Shown: positions 14,416 through 22,978, counted from the stretch's first letter. The stretch: 32,000 nucleotides of DNA from Nanobdellota archaeon (GCA_038046385.1 JBBSWH010000005.1:468-32467); one strand, 5' to 3'. Translations and numbers: made by a program. The notes: generated from the sequence alone by a model not told the origin.

Positions 14416-15341
14416 TGCACGTTAAAGTTTACTGCCCGGACATTGAATGCGATTCCTGCGCAAGGCTCCTTAAAAGGAGTTTTGAGAAAGCTGAAGGAAT
14501 TGTAAAATTTGAAATAAACAAAGAATCAATTGATTTTGAGTACAACCGTGGCGAATCAAGCGTCGAGATGATTCTTAAAATAATACGCAGCAAGGGATTC
14601 AGGGCTTCGCTTGAGCCGTTTATAAGAAAAAATTTTAAGGAGCGCTTGAGGGACTTCAGGGAAAACAAAAGCAAGTATGAGCTGGAATACAGAATGCTGA
14701 ATTATTTGTTGTTTAACCTGTTTTGCCTGCTTGTTTTTAATGCAGCAGTATATCTTATTTTTTTAAAAAATGTGCCTGATTTTCTCCAGAGATACGGCTG
14801 GTGGGCATTTTATACTATGATTTCAATAGCAAGCATAGGCACTGCAATGTGGCACTTCAGGTCATACAAAGGCGAAGTGACTTCAATGACCGGGATGATG
14901 ATCGGGATGACATTCGGCATGCAGACCGGGCTTATGATTGGGACGATAATAGGGGCAACAAACGGAATTTTTATAGGAAGCATGGCCGGGATGCTATCAG
15001 CAGTCATTGTCGGGATTTACAACGGCAAATGCTGCGGAATTATGGGTATTCTTGAAGGAGTTATGGCAGGGCTGATGGGCGGGACAATGGGAGGCATGAT
15101 AGGGGTCATGATGTTCGCAGACCATATACTCTGGTTCATGCCGTTTTTCTTTTTGATAAATATTGCAGTAATGCTTGGCCTTTCTTACATGCTGTTTGAA
15201 GAATTTGTCGAAGACAATGAAAAAACCAAAAAAGATGAAGTCAAGCTGTGGAAGCTGATTGCAGCCAGCATAATAGTAATGGCTGTTTTTCTGGTGATTA
15301 TGGTTTATGCCCCAAAGTCCGGGCTGGCAAGAGTGATTTAA
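14415..15341 (+). CDS. fusion of an atypical HMA-like domain to a Gly/Met-rich polytopic membrane domain (unknown family)
   Basis: TAATG overlap with copZ. The N-terminus VKVYCPDIECDSCARLLKRSFEKAEGI is ferredoxin-like HMA. The C-terminus reads MTGMMIGMTFGMQTGLMIGTIIGATNGIFIGSMAGM...NGKCCGIMGILEGVMAGLMGGTMGGMIGVMMF. Confidence 0.65.
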   Translation: MHVKVYCPDIECDSCARLLKRSFEKAEGIVKFEINKESIDFEYNRGESSVEMILKIIRSKGFRASLEPFIRKNFKERLRDFRENKSKYELEYRMLNYLLFNLFCLLVFNAAVYLIFLKNVPDFLQRYGWWAFYTMISIASIGTAMWHFRSYKGEVTSMTGMMIGMTFGMQTGLMIGTIIGATNGIFIGSMAGMLSAVIVGIYNGKCCGIMGILEGVMAGLMGGTMGGMIGVMMFADHILWFMPFFFLINIAVMLGLSYMLFEEFVEDNEKTKKDEVKLWKLIAASIIVMAVFLVIMVYAPKSGLARVI

Positions 15342-15713
15342 ATGAAAAAAACAGCCTTATTGTTTTTCCTTGCCATATTTATCACGGCATGCTCTTCCAA
15401 TGCGCCAATCTCTCCCCAGTCTTCTAATTCAGAAGCAAAAATTGTAGACGGAATGCAGGCCATAACACTAAGCTGGGGGAAATTCAATTATGAGCCTGCA
15501 ACGATGAAATTCAAGCTGGGAGTTCCTGCAAGAATCTACGGAGACCTTACAAGACTGCAGGGCTGCTTCAGATCTTTTGAGATTCCTGAACTAGGAGTTT
15601 CTACGGTTTTTTCCCAAAGAAAAAATTATGTTGATTTTATGCCTGATCAAGAAGGAAGATTCACGTTTGCATGCTCCATGGGAATGGGCAGCGGCACAAT
15701 AATAGTCGAATAA
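15342..15713 (+). CDS. cupredoxin-like lipoprotein
   Basis: Lipobox FITAC. ATMKFKLGVPARIYGD...FEIPELGV...DQEGRFTFACSMGMGSGTIIVE resembles the small cupredoxin_1-type domains found beside copA genes. Confidence 0.5.
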   Translation: MKKTALLFFLAIFITACSSNAPISPQSSNSEAKIVDGMQAITLSWGKFNYEPATMKFKLGVPARIYGDLTRLQGCFRSFEIPELGVSTVFSQRKNYVDFMPDQEGRFTFACSMGMGSGTIIVE

Positions 15714-15725
15714 TAGCTGAATAAA

Positions 15726-16172
15726 ATGAAAATAATCTTCAAAAAGCCTTATTTATACTGGACATTCGGAATATTTTTTGGATATTTCTTATTGAATGCC
15801 TACCTAAGCGATTTTTTTTATGACATGAAGTTTATCGGGTACTACCTGGAGACTATAAACTGGGGCAAATTTGTTATTAGCGTATCTTTGTCTGTTTTAA
15901 TTGCTGCTCTTGTGGCGGCAAATGCAGTATACCTTTACATAAGGTATAAAGAGCATAAAAATCTCAAAGTTGAGGGAACCCTGGCCTGTGCAGGAACTTT
16001 TGGTGGATTGGCAACCGGGGTCTGTTCAATATGCGCTGCAGGAATCCTTCCATTTATGCTTGATTTAATGGGAATCTCATTCACTTTTGGAACGCTTCCA
16101 TTGAAAGGAATTGAAATCCAGATTTTGACTGCTGCATTATTATTTGCCGGCTTGTGGGGGATAAAAAAATGA
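15726..16172 (+). CDS. 4-TM membrane protein with intramembrane CxxC (VCSICA); paralog of 4155-4709
   Basis: LACAGTFGGLATGVCSICAAGILPFMLDLMGISFTFGTLPLKGIE. ATGA overlap with the copA ATG at 16169. Confidence 0.7.
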   Translation: MKIIFKKPYLYWTFGIFFGYFLLNAYLSDFFYDMKFIGYYLETINWGKFVISVSLSVLIAALVAANAVYLYIRYKEHKNLKVEGTLACAGTFGGLATGVCSICAAGILPFMLDLMGISFTFGTLPLKGIEIQILTAALLFAGLWGIKK

Positions 16173-18358
16173 AAAAAGAAGTAACTTTCTCTATAAGGGG
16201 GATGCACTGCGCCAGCTGCTCAAACATAATCACAAGGGCACTAACCAAAACTGAAGGAGTTGAGAGTGCAGTTGTAAATTATTCTACGGAAAAGGCAAAT
16301 GTGACTTTTGACGGAAATATTTTAGAAGAAGATTTGATAAAAATAATAGAGAAAAAAGGCTACAAAGCCTCAGTAGCAAAAGATTTGCAGCAGGAAAAGA
16401 AAAAGAAACTTGAAGAGATTCTGTCATTAAAGAAAAGTTTTCTCATAAGCCTTGTTTTGTCATTGCCGGCTTTTCTGATTGGAATGATATTTATGGAAGA
16501 CGGCATGCTTTATTTTGGAATTATGGTGCCTTATGCAGTTATAATACTTTTTTTGCTTTCCACACCGGTGCAATTTTGGATTGGATGGAGATTCTACAAA
16601 GGAACCTTTGCAGCGCTTAAGAACAAAAACGCAAACATGGACAGCCTCATTGCAATAGGAACAAGCGCGGCTTATTTCTACAGCGTTTATTCAGTTTTCG
16701 TTTTGAAAAGCGACGTCCAGTATTTTGAAGTGAGCGCGGTCCTTATAACATTTGTAATGATGGGCAAGTGGCTGGAAGCAAGAGCCAAAGGCAAGATGTC
16801 GGAAGCAATTGAAAAGCTAATTTCACTATCGCCGAAAACTGCAATTGTTGTAAAAAAAGGAAAAGAAGTGAAAGTGAGCGTCGATGAGTTAGCTGCAGGA
16901 GATATCATAATAGTAAAGCCAGGAGAAAAAATACCGGTTGACGGAATAATAACAGAAGGCAATTCATCAATTGACGAAAGCATGGTCACAGGGGAAAGCA
17001 TACCGATTGACAAGGCAAAAGGGAGTTTAGTAATTGGAGGGACCCTTAACAAACACGGGTCATTCAGGTTCAAGGCAACCAAAGTGGGGGCTGACACTAC
17101 ATTATCGCATATAATCAAATTGATAGAGGATGCACAAGCCAAAAAAGCCCCAATACAGAGGTTTGCTGACAATGTTTCGTCTTATTTTGTCCCTATTGTT
17201 ATTGTTATTTCTATTGTGACTTTTGCAGTCTGGTATTACCTATTGTCTTCTACATTTACATTTGCACTTATCAATGCAGTGTCTGTTCTTGTGATAGCCT
17301 GCCCATGCGCTTTGGGACTGGCGACGCCGACTGCAATACTTGTCGGAACCGGCCTTGGAGCAAAACAAGGCATTCTGATAAAAGGAGGGGATTCTCTGGA
17401 AAATGCGCACAAAGTCAGGCACGTGATTTTTGACAAAACAGGCACTATCACAAAAGGCAAGCCGGAAGTGACTGACATAATATCCTTAAAATCCGGCGAG
17501 AAGGAGATAATACAGATTGCAGCAAGCATGGAAAAAAATTCCGAGCATTCGCTTGCAGAATCAATCCTTAATAAGGCAAAATTGATGAACCTTAAGCTGG
17601 ATAGTCCGTCTGGTTTTTTAGCAATTTCAGGCAAAGGCATAACCGCTTCAGTCAAAAACAAAAAGTATTATCTTGGGAACAGCAAGCTGGTCAAAAAAAG
17701 CCTGTCAAATGAAATTAAAAATAAGATAAATTCTTTGCAGGATCAGGGAAAAACTGTGGTGATGCTTGCTTCTGATAAGAATGTGCTTGGAATCATTGCA
17801 ATTGCAGACACAATAAAAGATTCAGCAGTTGAGACGATAAAACAGCTGCATTCAATGAAAATAGAGACGTATATGATAACCGGAGACAATGAAAGGGCGG
17901 CAAAGGCGATAGCCAAACAAGTCGGAATCAAAAATGTATTTGCAGAGGTAATGCCAAAGGACAAAAGTGATTATGTGAAAAAACTCCAGAAAAAGGGGAA
18001 AGTTGCAATGGTGGGGGACGGGATTAATGACGCTCCTGCGCTGGCACAGGCAGATATCGGGATTGCAATGGGTTCCGGAACAGATGTTGCGATTGAAACT
18101 GGAAACATTGTTCTGATGAGAAACGATTTGATGGATGTGCCTGCTGCATTCAGGTTAAGCAGGATTACAATGTCAAAAATAAAGCAGAACATGTTCTGGG
18201 CGATGTTTTACAATGTGATGGGGATTCCGATTGCAGCAGGAGTTTTATATCCGCTTACCGGAATGCTTTTATCCCCCATGCTTGCAGGAGGGGCAATGGC
18301 ATTAAGCTCAGTCAGCGTTGTGACAAACTCATTATTATTAAAAAATAAGAGATTGTAG
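16169..18358 (+). CDS. copA: copper-translocating P1B-type ATPase
   Basis: HMA motif GMHCASCS, transmembrane CPCALGLATP, phosphorylation site DKTGTIT, MITGDN and GDGINDAPAL. The track start at 16154 lies inside the previous gene, and the ATG at 16169 forms an ATGA overlap. Confidence 0.93.
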   Translation: MKKEVTFSIRGMHCASCSNIITRALTKTEGVESAVVNYSTEKANVTFDGNILEEDLIKIIEKKGYKASVAKDLQQEKKKKLEEILSLKKSFLISLVLSLPAFLIGMIFMEDGMLYFGIMVPYAVIILFLLSTPVQFWIGWRFYKGTFAALKNKNANMDSLIAIGTSAAYFYSVYSVFVLKSDVQYFEVSAVLITFVMMGKWLEARAKGKMSEAIEKLISLSPKTAIVVKKGKEVKVSVDELAAGDIIIVKPGEKIPVDGIITEGNSSIDESMVTGESIPIDKAKGSLVIGGTLNKHGSFRFKATKVGADTTLSHIIKLIEDAQAKKAPIQRFADNVSSYFVPIVIVISIVTFAVWYYLLSSTFTFALINAVSVLVIACPCALGLATPTAILVGTGLGAKQGILIKGGDSLENAHKVRHVIFDKTGTITKGKPEVTDIISLKSGEKEIIQIAASMEKNSEHSLAESILNKAKLMNLKLDSPSGFLAISGKGITASVKNKKYYLGNSKLVKKSLSNEIKNKINSLQDQGKTVVMLASDKNVLGIIAIADTIKDSAVETIKQLHSMKIETYMITGDNERAAKAIAKQVGIKNVFAEVMPKDKSDYVKKLQKKGKVAMVGDGINDAPALAQADIGIAMGSGTDVAIETGNIVLMRNDLMDVPAAFRLSRITMSKIKQNMFWAMFYNVMGIPIAAGVLYPLTGMLLSPMLAGGAMALSSVSVVTNSLLLKNKRL

Positions 18359-18367
18359 GTGATTTAA

Positions 18368-18748
18368 ATGTATCAGATAAAAAAAGAAACAAAATTGAGT
18401 TTTGAAGCTGCGGTTGCAAAAACAAGGGAAGAGCTGCAGAAAGAAGGGTTTGGAGTGCTGACAGAGATTGATGTCAAAGCTACTCTTAAGAAGAAGTTAG
18501 ATGTGGATTTTGATGATTATACAATATTAGGCGCATGCAATCCTCCGATGGCTTACAAGGCGCTTCAGGCAGAGCAGGATTTGGGACTGATGCTCCCGTG
18601 CAACGTGATAGTTTATTCCAAAAACGGCAAGACAGTTGTTGCTGCAATAAAGCCGACTGTCCAGATGGAAAAACTTGGAAATCCAAAGCTGAAGGAAGTT
18701 GCTGTGATGGTGGAAGAAAAGCTGAAAAAGGTTGTTGAGGGAGTTTGA
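18368..18748 (+). CDS. DUF302-domain protein
   Basis: AGGTGAT precedes the ATG. FEAAVAKTREELQKEGFGVLTEIDVKATLKKKL...YTILGACNPPMAYKAL is the typical DUF302 pattern. Confidence 0.75.
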   Translation: MYQIKKETKLSFEAAVAKTREELQKEGFGVLTEIDVKATLKKKLDVDFDDYTILGACNPPMAYKALQAEQDLGLMLPCNVIVYSKNGKTVVAAIKPTVQMEKLGNPKLKEVAVMVEEKLKKVVEGV

Positions 18749-18785
18749 AGATAAACTTTGAATTGGATTAACTAATGTTATCGGC

Positions 18786-19772
18786 CTAATCTGAATTTAT
18801 TTTTAATATTTCTTGATAAGCAGGCATCCAGCTTTCATGAATCATTATAAGATGTTCGTAATTTCTGATAACATGAGGGAATGCTTTCCTTAATTCATTT
18901 ATTATTTTGTTGAAATGTTGGTAATTCTCAACTGCAAATTCAAACTCTACTTCCCAAGGAGCAAGGCTTCTGATGTAATAAAGAGAGTTTGGATGCTGGC
19001 TCATCCATTCAAAAAGGGACTTTTCGTCTTTGTCTGACAATTTTCTGAAATAGATTATTGCCTTGAAGAACTCCAAGCCTAATTTGTTGAAATCGACTGC
19101 TATTCTGTAATTTAAGATTATTCCTTTTTCTTCTAATTTCCTTATCCTTCCCCTTACGATTTCTATTGTGGATTCGGTTTTTCTTGACAATTCTGTCAGT
19201 GGGATTCTTGCTTCATTTGCCAGTATAAGGAGAATTTTTGAATCCAATTCATCAATTTTGTTATCTACGACATCGCCTCCAAATGTTACACAATCTGCAT
19301 TTTTTTCATTTGTGAAAAATTTTTTATTATATTGTCTTGTGTCTACCATTGTGCCAAGCACTTTGCTTACAATGAGATGTTCCCATTTTGAAAGCAGAGT
19401 GTTTATTTTTTCAAAATATTCCGGGATGCTTTTTGATAGGAACGCAAATACCACATCAAAAACTCCGTCAGAAATGCCATACCAGTAAATGTCCTTGTTT
19501 TGCTTCAGCTCTTCAAAGAATTTTTCCCTTTCATTCGGTATGTTTTCCAGTTTTAAATAAACTTTAAACATGTAATAGCCTAGCTTATTTGGGTTGATTG
19601 AAGTTATAAAACCTTGAAGCACACCATCCTTTTGCAATTGCTGGATTCTGTATTTTACTGCTTCCCTTGACTTGTGAACTTTCTTTGCAAGCTGGGCATT
19701 TGAGATTCTGCAATTCTTGTCAAGTTCTGCAATTATTTTTCTATCGGTTGTATCTAGTTGAATTTTACTCAT
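18786..19772 (-). CDS. tandem (double) Lrp/AsnC-family transcriptional regulator
   Basis: Two HTH units: LDTTDRKIIAELDKNCRISNAQLAKKVHKSREAVKYRIQQLQKDGVL and LDSKILLILANEARIPLTELSRKTESTIEIVRGRIRKLEEKGII. Each is followed by an effector-like domain. Confidence 0.8.
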   Translation of the reverse strand: MSKIQLDTTDRKIIAELDKNCRISNAQLAKKVHKSREAVKYRIQQLQKDGVLQGFITSINPNKLGYYMFKVYLKLENIPNEREKFFEELKQNKDIYWYGISDGVFDVVFAFLSKSIPEYFEKINTLLSKWEHLIVSKVLGTMVDTRQYNKKFFTNEKNADCVTFGGDVVDNKIDELDSKILLILANEARIPLTELSRKTESTIEIVRGRIRKLEEKGIILNYRIAVDFNKLGLEFFKAIIYFRKLSDKDEKSLFEWMSQHPNSLYYIRSLAPWEVEFEFAVENYQHFNKIINELRKAFPHVIRNYEHLIMIHESWMPAYQEILKINSD

Positions 19773-19882
19773 ATATTAACCGATATGTGTTTTTATTTAT
19801 AAATATTTCTATAAAATGGTTAAAAAATAGTACAAAGTTTAATATCTATGTTTAATCTGTTATTATTTATTGGTGGTAACAA

Positions 19883-20134
19883 ATGGCAGGAAACAGAACG
19901 AATGATGGAATAAGAATCTCGGACATAATCAGATTGCTAAGCCAATTGCCTGGAATCAATATCAGACAAGGCAGCAATCATCCTTACATTGCAATAAGAG
20001 ATGGAATGAGGCCGTGTCCAATTGCAGCTTCTACCAATGCAAAAACTATGCTGGTGCCTTGGATAGCACAAGCTACTGGCTACAACAGGCAGTCAATCTA
20101 TTCTTCTTTAAGATCCGGGGAGTGGTACGGATGA
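19883..20134 (+). CDS. HicA/YcfA-like small protein (dsRBD-like fold)
   Basis: 83 aa. ISDIIRLLSQLPGINIRQGSNHPYIAIRDGMRPCPIAASTNAKTMLVPWIAQATG matches the HicA core layout: helix, G-x-x-x-x-x-GSxH, beta-hairpin, C-terminal helix. Confidence 0.5.
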   Translation: MAGNRTNDGIRISDIIRLLSQLPGINIRQGSNHPYIAIRDGMRPCPIAASTNAKTMLVPWIAQATGYNRQSIYSSLRSGEWYG

Positions 20135-21525
20135 CAAAAATAGATTTAATCCAACCAAGGCACAATTATGCACCTCCTGCTAGTCAGGAAGCTATTGGGC
20201 ATGTGTACATGCCAACTTCACTGTTAACAGCAGCTGCAAGATTAATTGCCGCAGGAGTGGATGTAGAAATACATGATGAAAACATAAGGCCACGCAATAT
20301 AACTTCTGAATATATAGGAATTAATCTTCTTGGAGCGCCTTACATTCCTGAAGCTATAAGGATTCAGAATGAAATAAGCAGGGAAGCAGAAAATGCAAAA
20401 TATATTCTTGGCGGGCAGGTAATATCCGGGCTTTCTCCAGAGGAATTAAGAAGGCTTTTTGGAAATTCTGCACATAACGGAAATGATGACACAACCTTGG
20501 CGTCTGTGCTTGGAGTAGACACCAGAAGCTTAACTTCTGCAAGAAACACTTCTTTGATTCCGGCATATGAAAGAATCTCGGATAAAGATATGAAGATGTA
20601 CCTATCAAGAGAATTTGGATTTTATCTTTCCCAGGGTTGTGAGAAAGCGTGTGATTTTTGCGCTGCATCCAGAACATTTAAAGATCCGGTTACTGGGGAT
20701 ATTTCCAGAGTGATTGAGTCTTATAGGAGCCCTGAAATTATAAGAGCAGATTTGGAATATCTTGTAGGAAGGGCAAGAAGAATGGGGATGAATGAATTAA
20801 ATATGTACCTCTCTAATTTGGATGTATTCCAAACTCCTGGTGCATTGGCAGAATTTGCAAATATAGTTCAAGATATCAGAAGAGAAAATCCTGGCTTTGA
20901 AATAGTGACAAGAGGGCTTTCAAGAGTAGATTCGTTCCTAAATGCTAGAAAAAATGCAATTAGTCCAATTGAAGAGATAGTTTCATCTGGCTTTCATACT
21001 GTCGGGTTTGGTGTAGATGGGGGGACAGAAGAGGCATGGAGAAACAACCATAAGGGACAGAATGAAAGGATGTGCATCGAAGCAATAAGATCTGCAAGGC
21101 AGGATTATGGGATAACACCTGAGGCATTGATGGTATTTGGACATGTAAACACAAGCGAAAATGACCCTCGCGCAGCGTATGACTTTGCAAAGTCGATGTC
21201 AGAGAGTTATGGAGCAATCCCAAGGCCGCATATTTCAAAGTGGAGAATTCCAGGAAATGCAGGCTGGAGGGAAGAAAGTGGCAGAAATTATAGAGAAGCA
21301 TTAATTTCAAATCCAGTTCTTTTCCAGTCATTAGACTTTACAGCGCTTCCTTCAAGGCTTACGCATCCAGATTCTGCACTAAGAGAGGAAGCAATAAAGT
21401 ATTTTCTTATGATGTGCCTGCTTCCAGACAATACGACGCAGCCGGTGTTTCCTTTAGAGCCAGGAATGGGGCCGCATGAAATTGAACGTGTTAGGCTGCG
21501 CAATATTGGAAAATATGACAGATAA
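20131..21525 (+). CDS. radical SAM enzyme with an N-terminal B12-binding-like (class B type) domain
   Basis: ATGA overlap with the HicA-like stop. N-terminus IDLIQPRHNY...YMPTSLLTAAARLIAAGVDVEIHDEN. CX3CX2C cluster motif YLSQGCEKACDFCAAS. The track start at 20014 is an in-frame extension inside the previous gene. Confidence 0.8.
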   Translation: MTKIDLIQPRHNYAPPASQEAIGHVYMPTSLLTAAARLIAAGVDVEIHDENIRPRNITSEYIGINLLGAPYIPEAIRIQNEISREAENAKYILGGQVISGLSPEELRRLFGNSAHNGNDDTTLASVLGVDTRSLTSARNTSLIPAYERISDKDMKMYLSREFGFYLSQGCEKACDFCAASRTFKDPVTGDISRVIESYRSPEIIRADLEYLVGRARRMGMNELNMYLSNLDVFQTPGALAEFANIVQDIRRENPGFEIVTRGLSRVDSFLNARKNAISPIEEIVSSGFHTVGFGVDGGTEEAWRNNHKGQNERMCIEAIRSARQDYGITPEALMVFGHVNTSENDPRAAYDFAKSMSESYGAIPRPHISKWRIPGNAGWREESGRNYREALISNPVLFQSLDFTALPSRLTHPDSALREEAIKYFLMMCLLPDNTTQPVFPLEPGMGPHEIERVRLRNIGKYDR

Positions 21526-21556
21526 TTTCACAAAATCACTAAAATCCGACAGAAAT

Positions 21557-21565
21557 GTTTAAATA
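21557..21565 (+). promoter_or_regulatory. TATA-box-like element (GTTTAAATA) for the binding-protein gene
   Basis: About 50 nt upstream of the ATG at 21613. A purine-rich CAGGGGG lies 8 nt before the ATG. Confidence 0.35.
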
Positions 21566-21612
21566 CGCCCTGTTTTGAGTATGGTAAAATAACAACTCAG
21601 GGGGCTGATAAA

Positions 21613-22773
21613 ATGAAAAAGTCAATTTTTGTTTTGTTTATTATTTCTGTGTTTTTGCTTGCAGCATGCTCGCAAACTGAGCAGGCGCAGCAGCCGGCGC
21701 AGGATACGCAGGGCTCATATAAAATAGGGGTCATGGCTCCTTTGACAGGGGACGCAGCTTCTGTTGGCCTGCCAATCCAGAAGGCATTAAAGATTGCTTT
21801 TGATGAGGTAAATGCAAAAGGCGGAGTCAACGGAAAAAAGCTTGAGCCTATTTACGAGGACAGCAAGTGCAATCCAAAGGATGGAAACGCAGCAGCCCAG
21901 AAGCTTATCAGCGTTGATAATGTTAAAGTCATAATAGGAGGAGTATGCTCTGGAGAGACTCTTGGAGCAGCGCCGATAACAGAAGCCAATAAAGTTTTGC
22001 TTATATCTCCAAGCGCAACTTCACCGGATATAACCAAAGCAGGAGATTTTGTTTTCAGGACTGCTCCGAGCGATGCTTATGCCGGAGCGGTTGCATCTGA
22101 TTATGCATTCAATGAATTAAATTCAAGGAAAGCAGCCATAATATCAGAAAACACTGACTATGCACAGGGCTTGAAAAGAGTATTTGCAGAAAACTTTGTC
22201 AAGCTTGGCGGAGAAATTGTTGCTGATGAAACATACAATCCGGAAGACGCTGATTTCAGGACACAGGTTACAAAAGTCAAGGCAGCCGGACCTAATGTGA
22301 TATACATTGTTCCTCAGACTCCTCCAAAGGGAATTTTGCTTATTAAGCAGATTAGGGAAGCAGGAGTTACTGCACAGCTTGTAACAGCTGAAGTTTTGAT
22401 AGGAAGGAATGTTGTCAAGGAAAACTGGGCAGACATGGAAGGCCTTATAGGAATTGAACAGAAGTTTGATGAGAAAGGAACAAAGGCAGCTGCACTGCTT
22501 GCAAAGTACAGGCAGCAGACAAATGAAGAAGCCCCATTCCCCGGATACATGGCCGGCGCTTATGACATTGTATACCTGATTGCAGACGCAATTGCAAAGA
22601 ACGGCTACGACAGCGAAGCATTGAAAAATTATTTCTATGCTATTGAGGATTATAACGGTGCTGCCGGAAAGATTACAATGGACCAGAACGGAGATCCGAT
22701 AATGGAGTACTCTGTGCAGCAGGTAAAGAACGGCGTTGTAGTTCCGGCACAGGCAACTCCGAGCAAGGGATAA
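21613..22773 (+). CDS. ABC transporter substrate-binding lipoprotein, branched-chain amino acid (LivJ/K) family
   Basis: Lipobox LLAAC. YKIGVMAPLTGDAASVGLPIQKALKIAFDEVNAKGGVNGKKLE...DSKCNPKDGNAAAQKLI is the classic type I periplasmic-binding-protein (Leu/Ile/Val) N-terminus. Confidence 0.85.
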   Translation: MKKSIFVLFIISVFLLAACSQTEQAQQPAQDTQGSYKIGVMAPLTGDAASVGLPIQKALKIAFDEVNAKGGVNGKKLEPIYEDSKCNPKDGNAAAQKLISVDNVKVIIGGVCSGETLGAAPITEANKVLLISPSATSPDITKAGDFVFRTAPSDAYAGAVASDYAFNELNSRKAAIISENTDYAQGLKRVFAENFVKLGGEIVADETYNPEDADFRTQVTKVKAAGPNVIYIVPQTPPKGILLIKQIREAGVTAQLVTAEVLIGRNVVKENWADMEGLIGIEQKFDEKGTKAAALLAKYRQQTNEEAPFPGYMAGAYDIVYLIADAIAKNGYDSEALKNYFYAIEDYNGAAGKITMDQNGDPIMEYSVQQVKNGVVVPAQATPSKG

Positions 22774-22779
22774 TCTCCC

Positions 22780-22798
22780 TTTTTCTTTTTTTTATTTT
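22780..22798 (+). terminator. oligo-T tract (archaeal-type terminator candidate)
   Basis: TTTTTCTTTTTTTTATTTT begins 7 nt after the stop at 22773. Confidence 0.45.
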
Positions 22799-22962
22799 GT
22801 TAGCATCGGCTTAGGTTATCTGCAATAAGTATAATACATGACATCCCCGTAAGGGACTCGACTTGAAGCATAGCTTCAAGTGAGCAATTGAGCTTTGCTC
22901 AATTCGCTTCCCCCTATCATGTTAGATGTAAAAATAGAACACCTTCGCGAATTGATGCTAAC
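22799..22962. repeat. nested inverted-repeat element (multi-hairpin junction); candidate structured RNA or DNA element
   Basis: Outer 9 bp 22799-22807/22954-22962. 6 bp 22836-22841/22917-22922. These enclose three hairpins: 22844-22856; 22861-22881 (9-bp stem, ATA loop); and 22884-22907 (8-10-bp stem, TTT loop). Confidence 0.45.
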
Positions 22963-22978
22963 CTTAATTTGAAAAAAG

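Noticed and set aside
14801-15055. Asp/Arg-rich 84-aa ORF, and the antisense ORF at 14810-15007, inside the HMA-membrane fusion gene.
   Set aside because: These are out-of-frame readings of the repetitive GGN/ATG-rich (Gly/Met) coding sequence. Their odd composition is a by-product of that repeat.
16687-18192. Antisense ORFs inside copA (16687-17172, 17236-17661, 17743-17964, 17971-18192; 73-161 aa).
   Set aside because: They are mirror-frame ORFs opposite a gene with unambiguous P-type ATPase motifs, and they have no motifs of their own.
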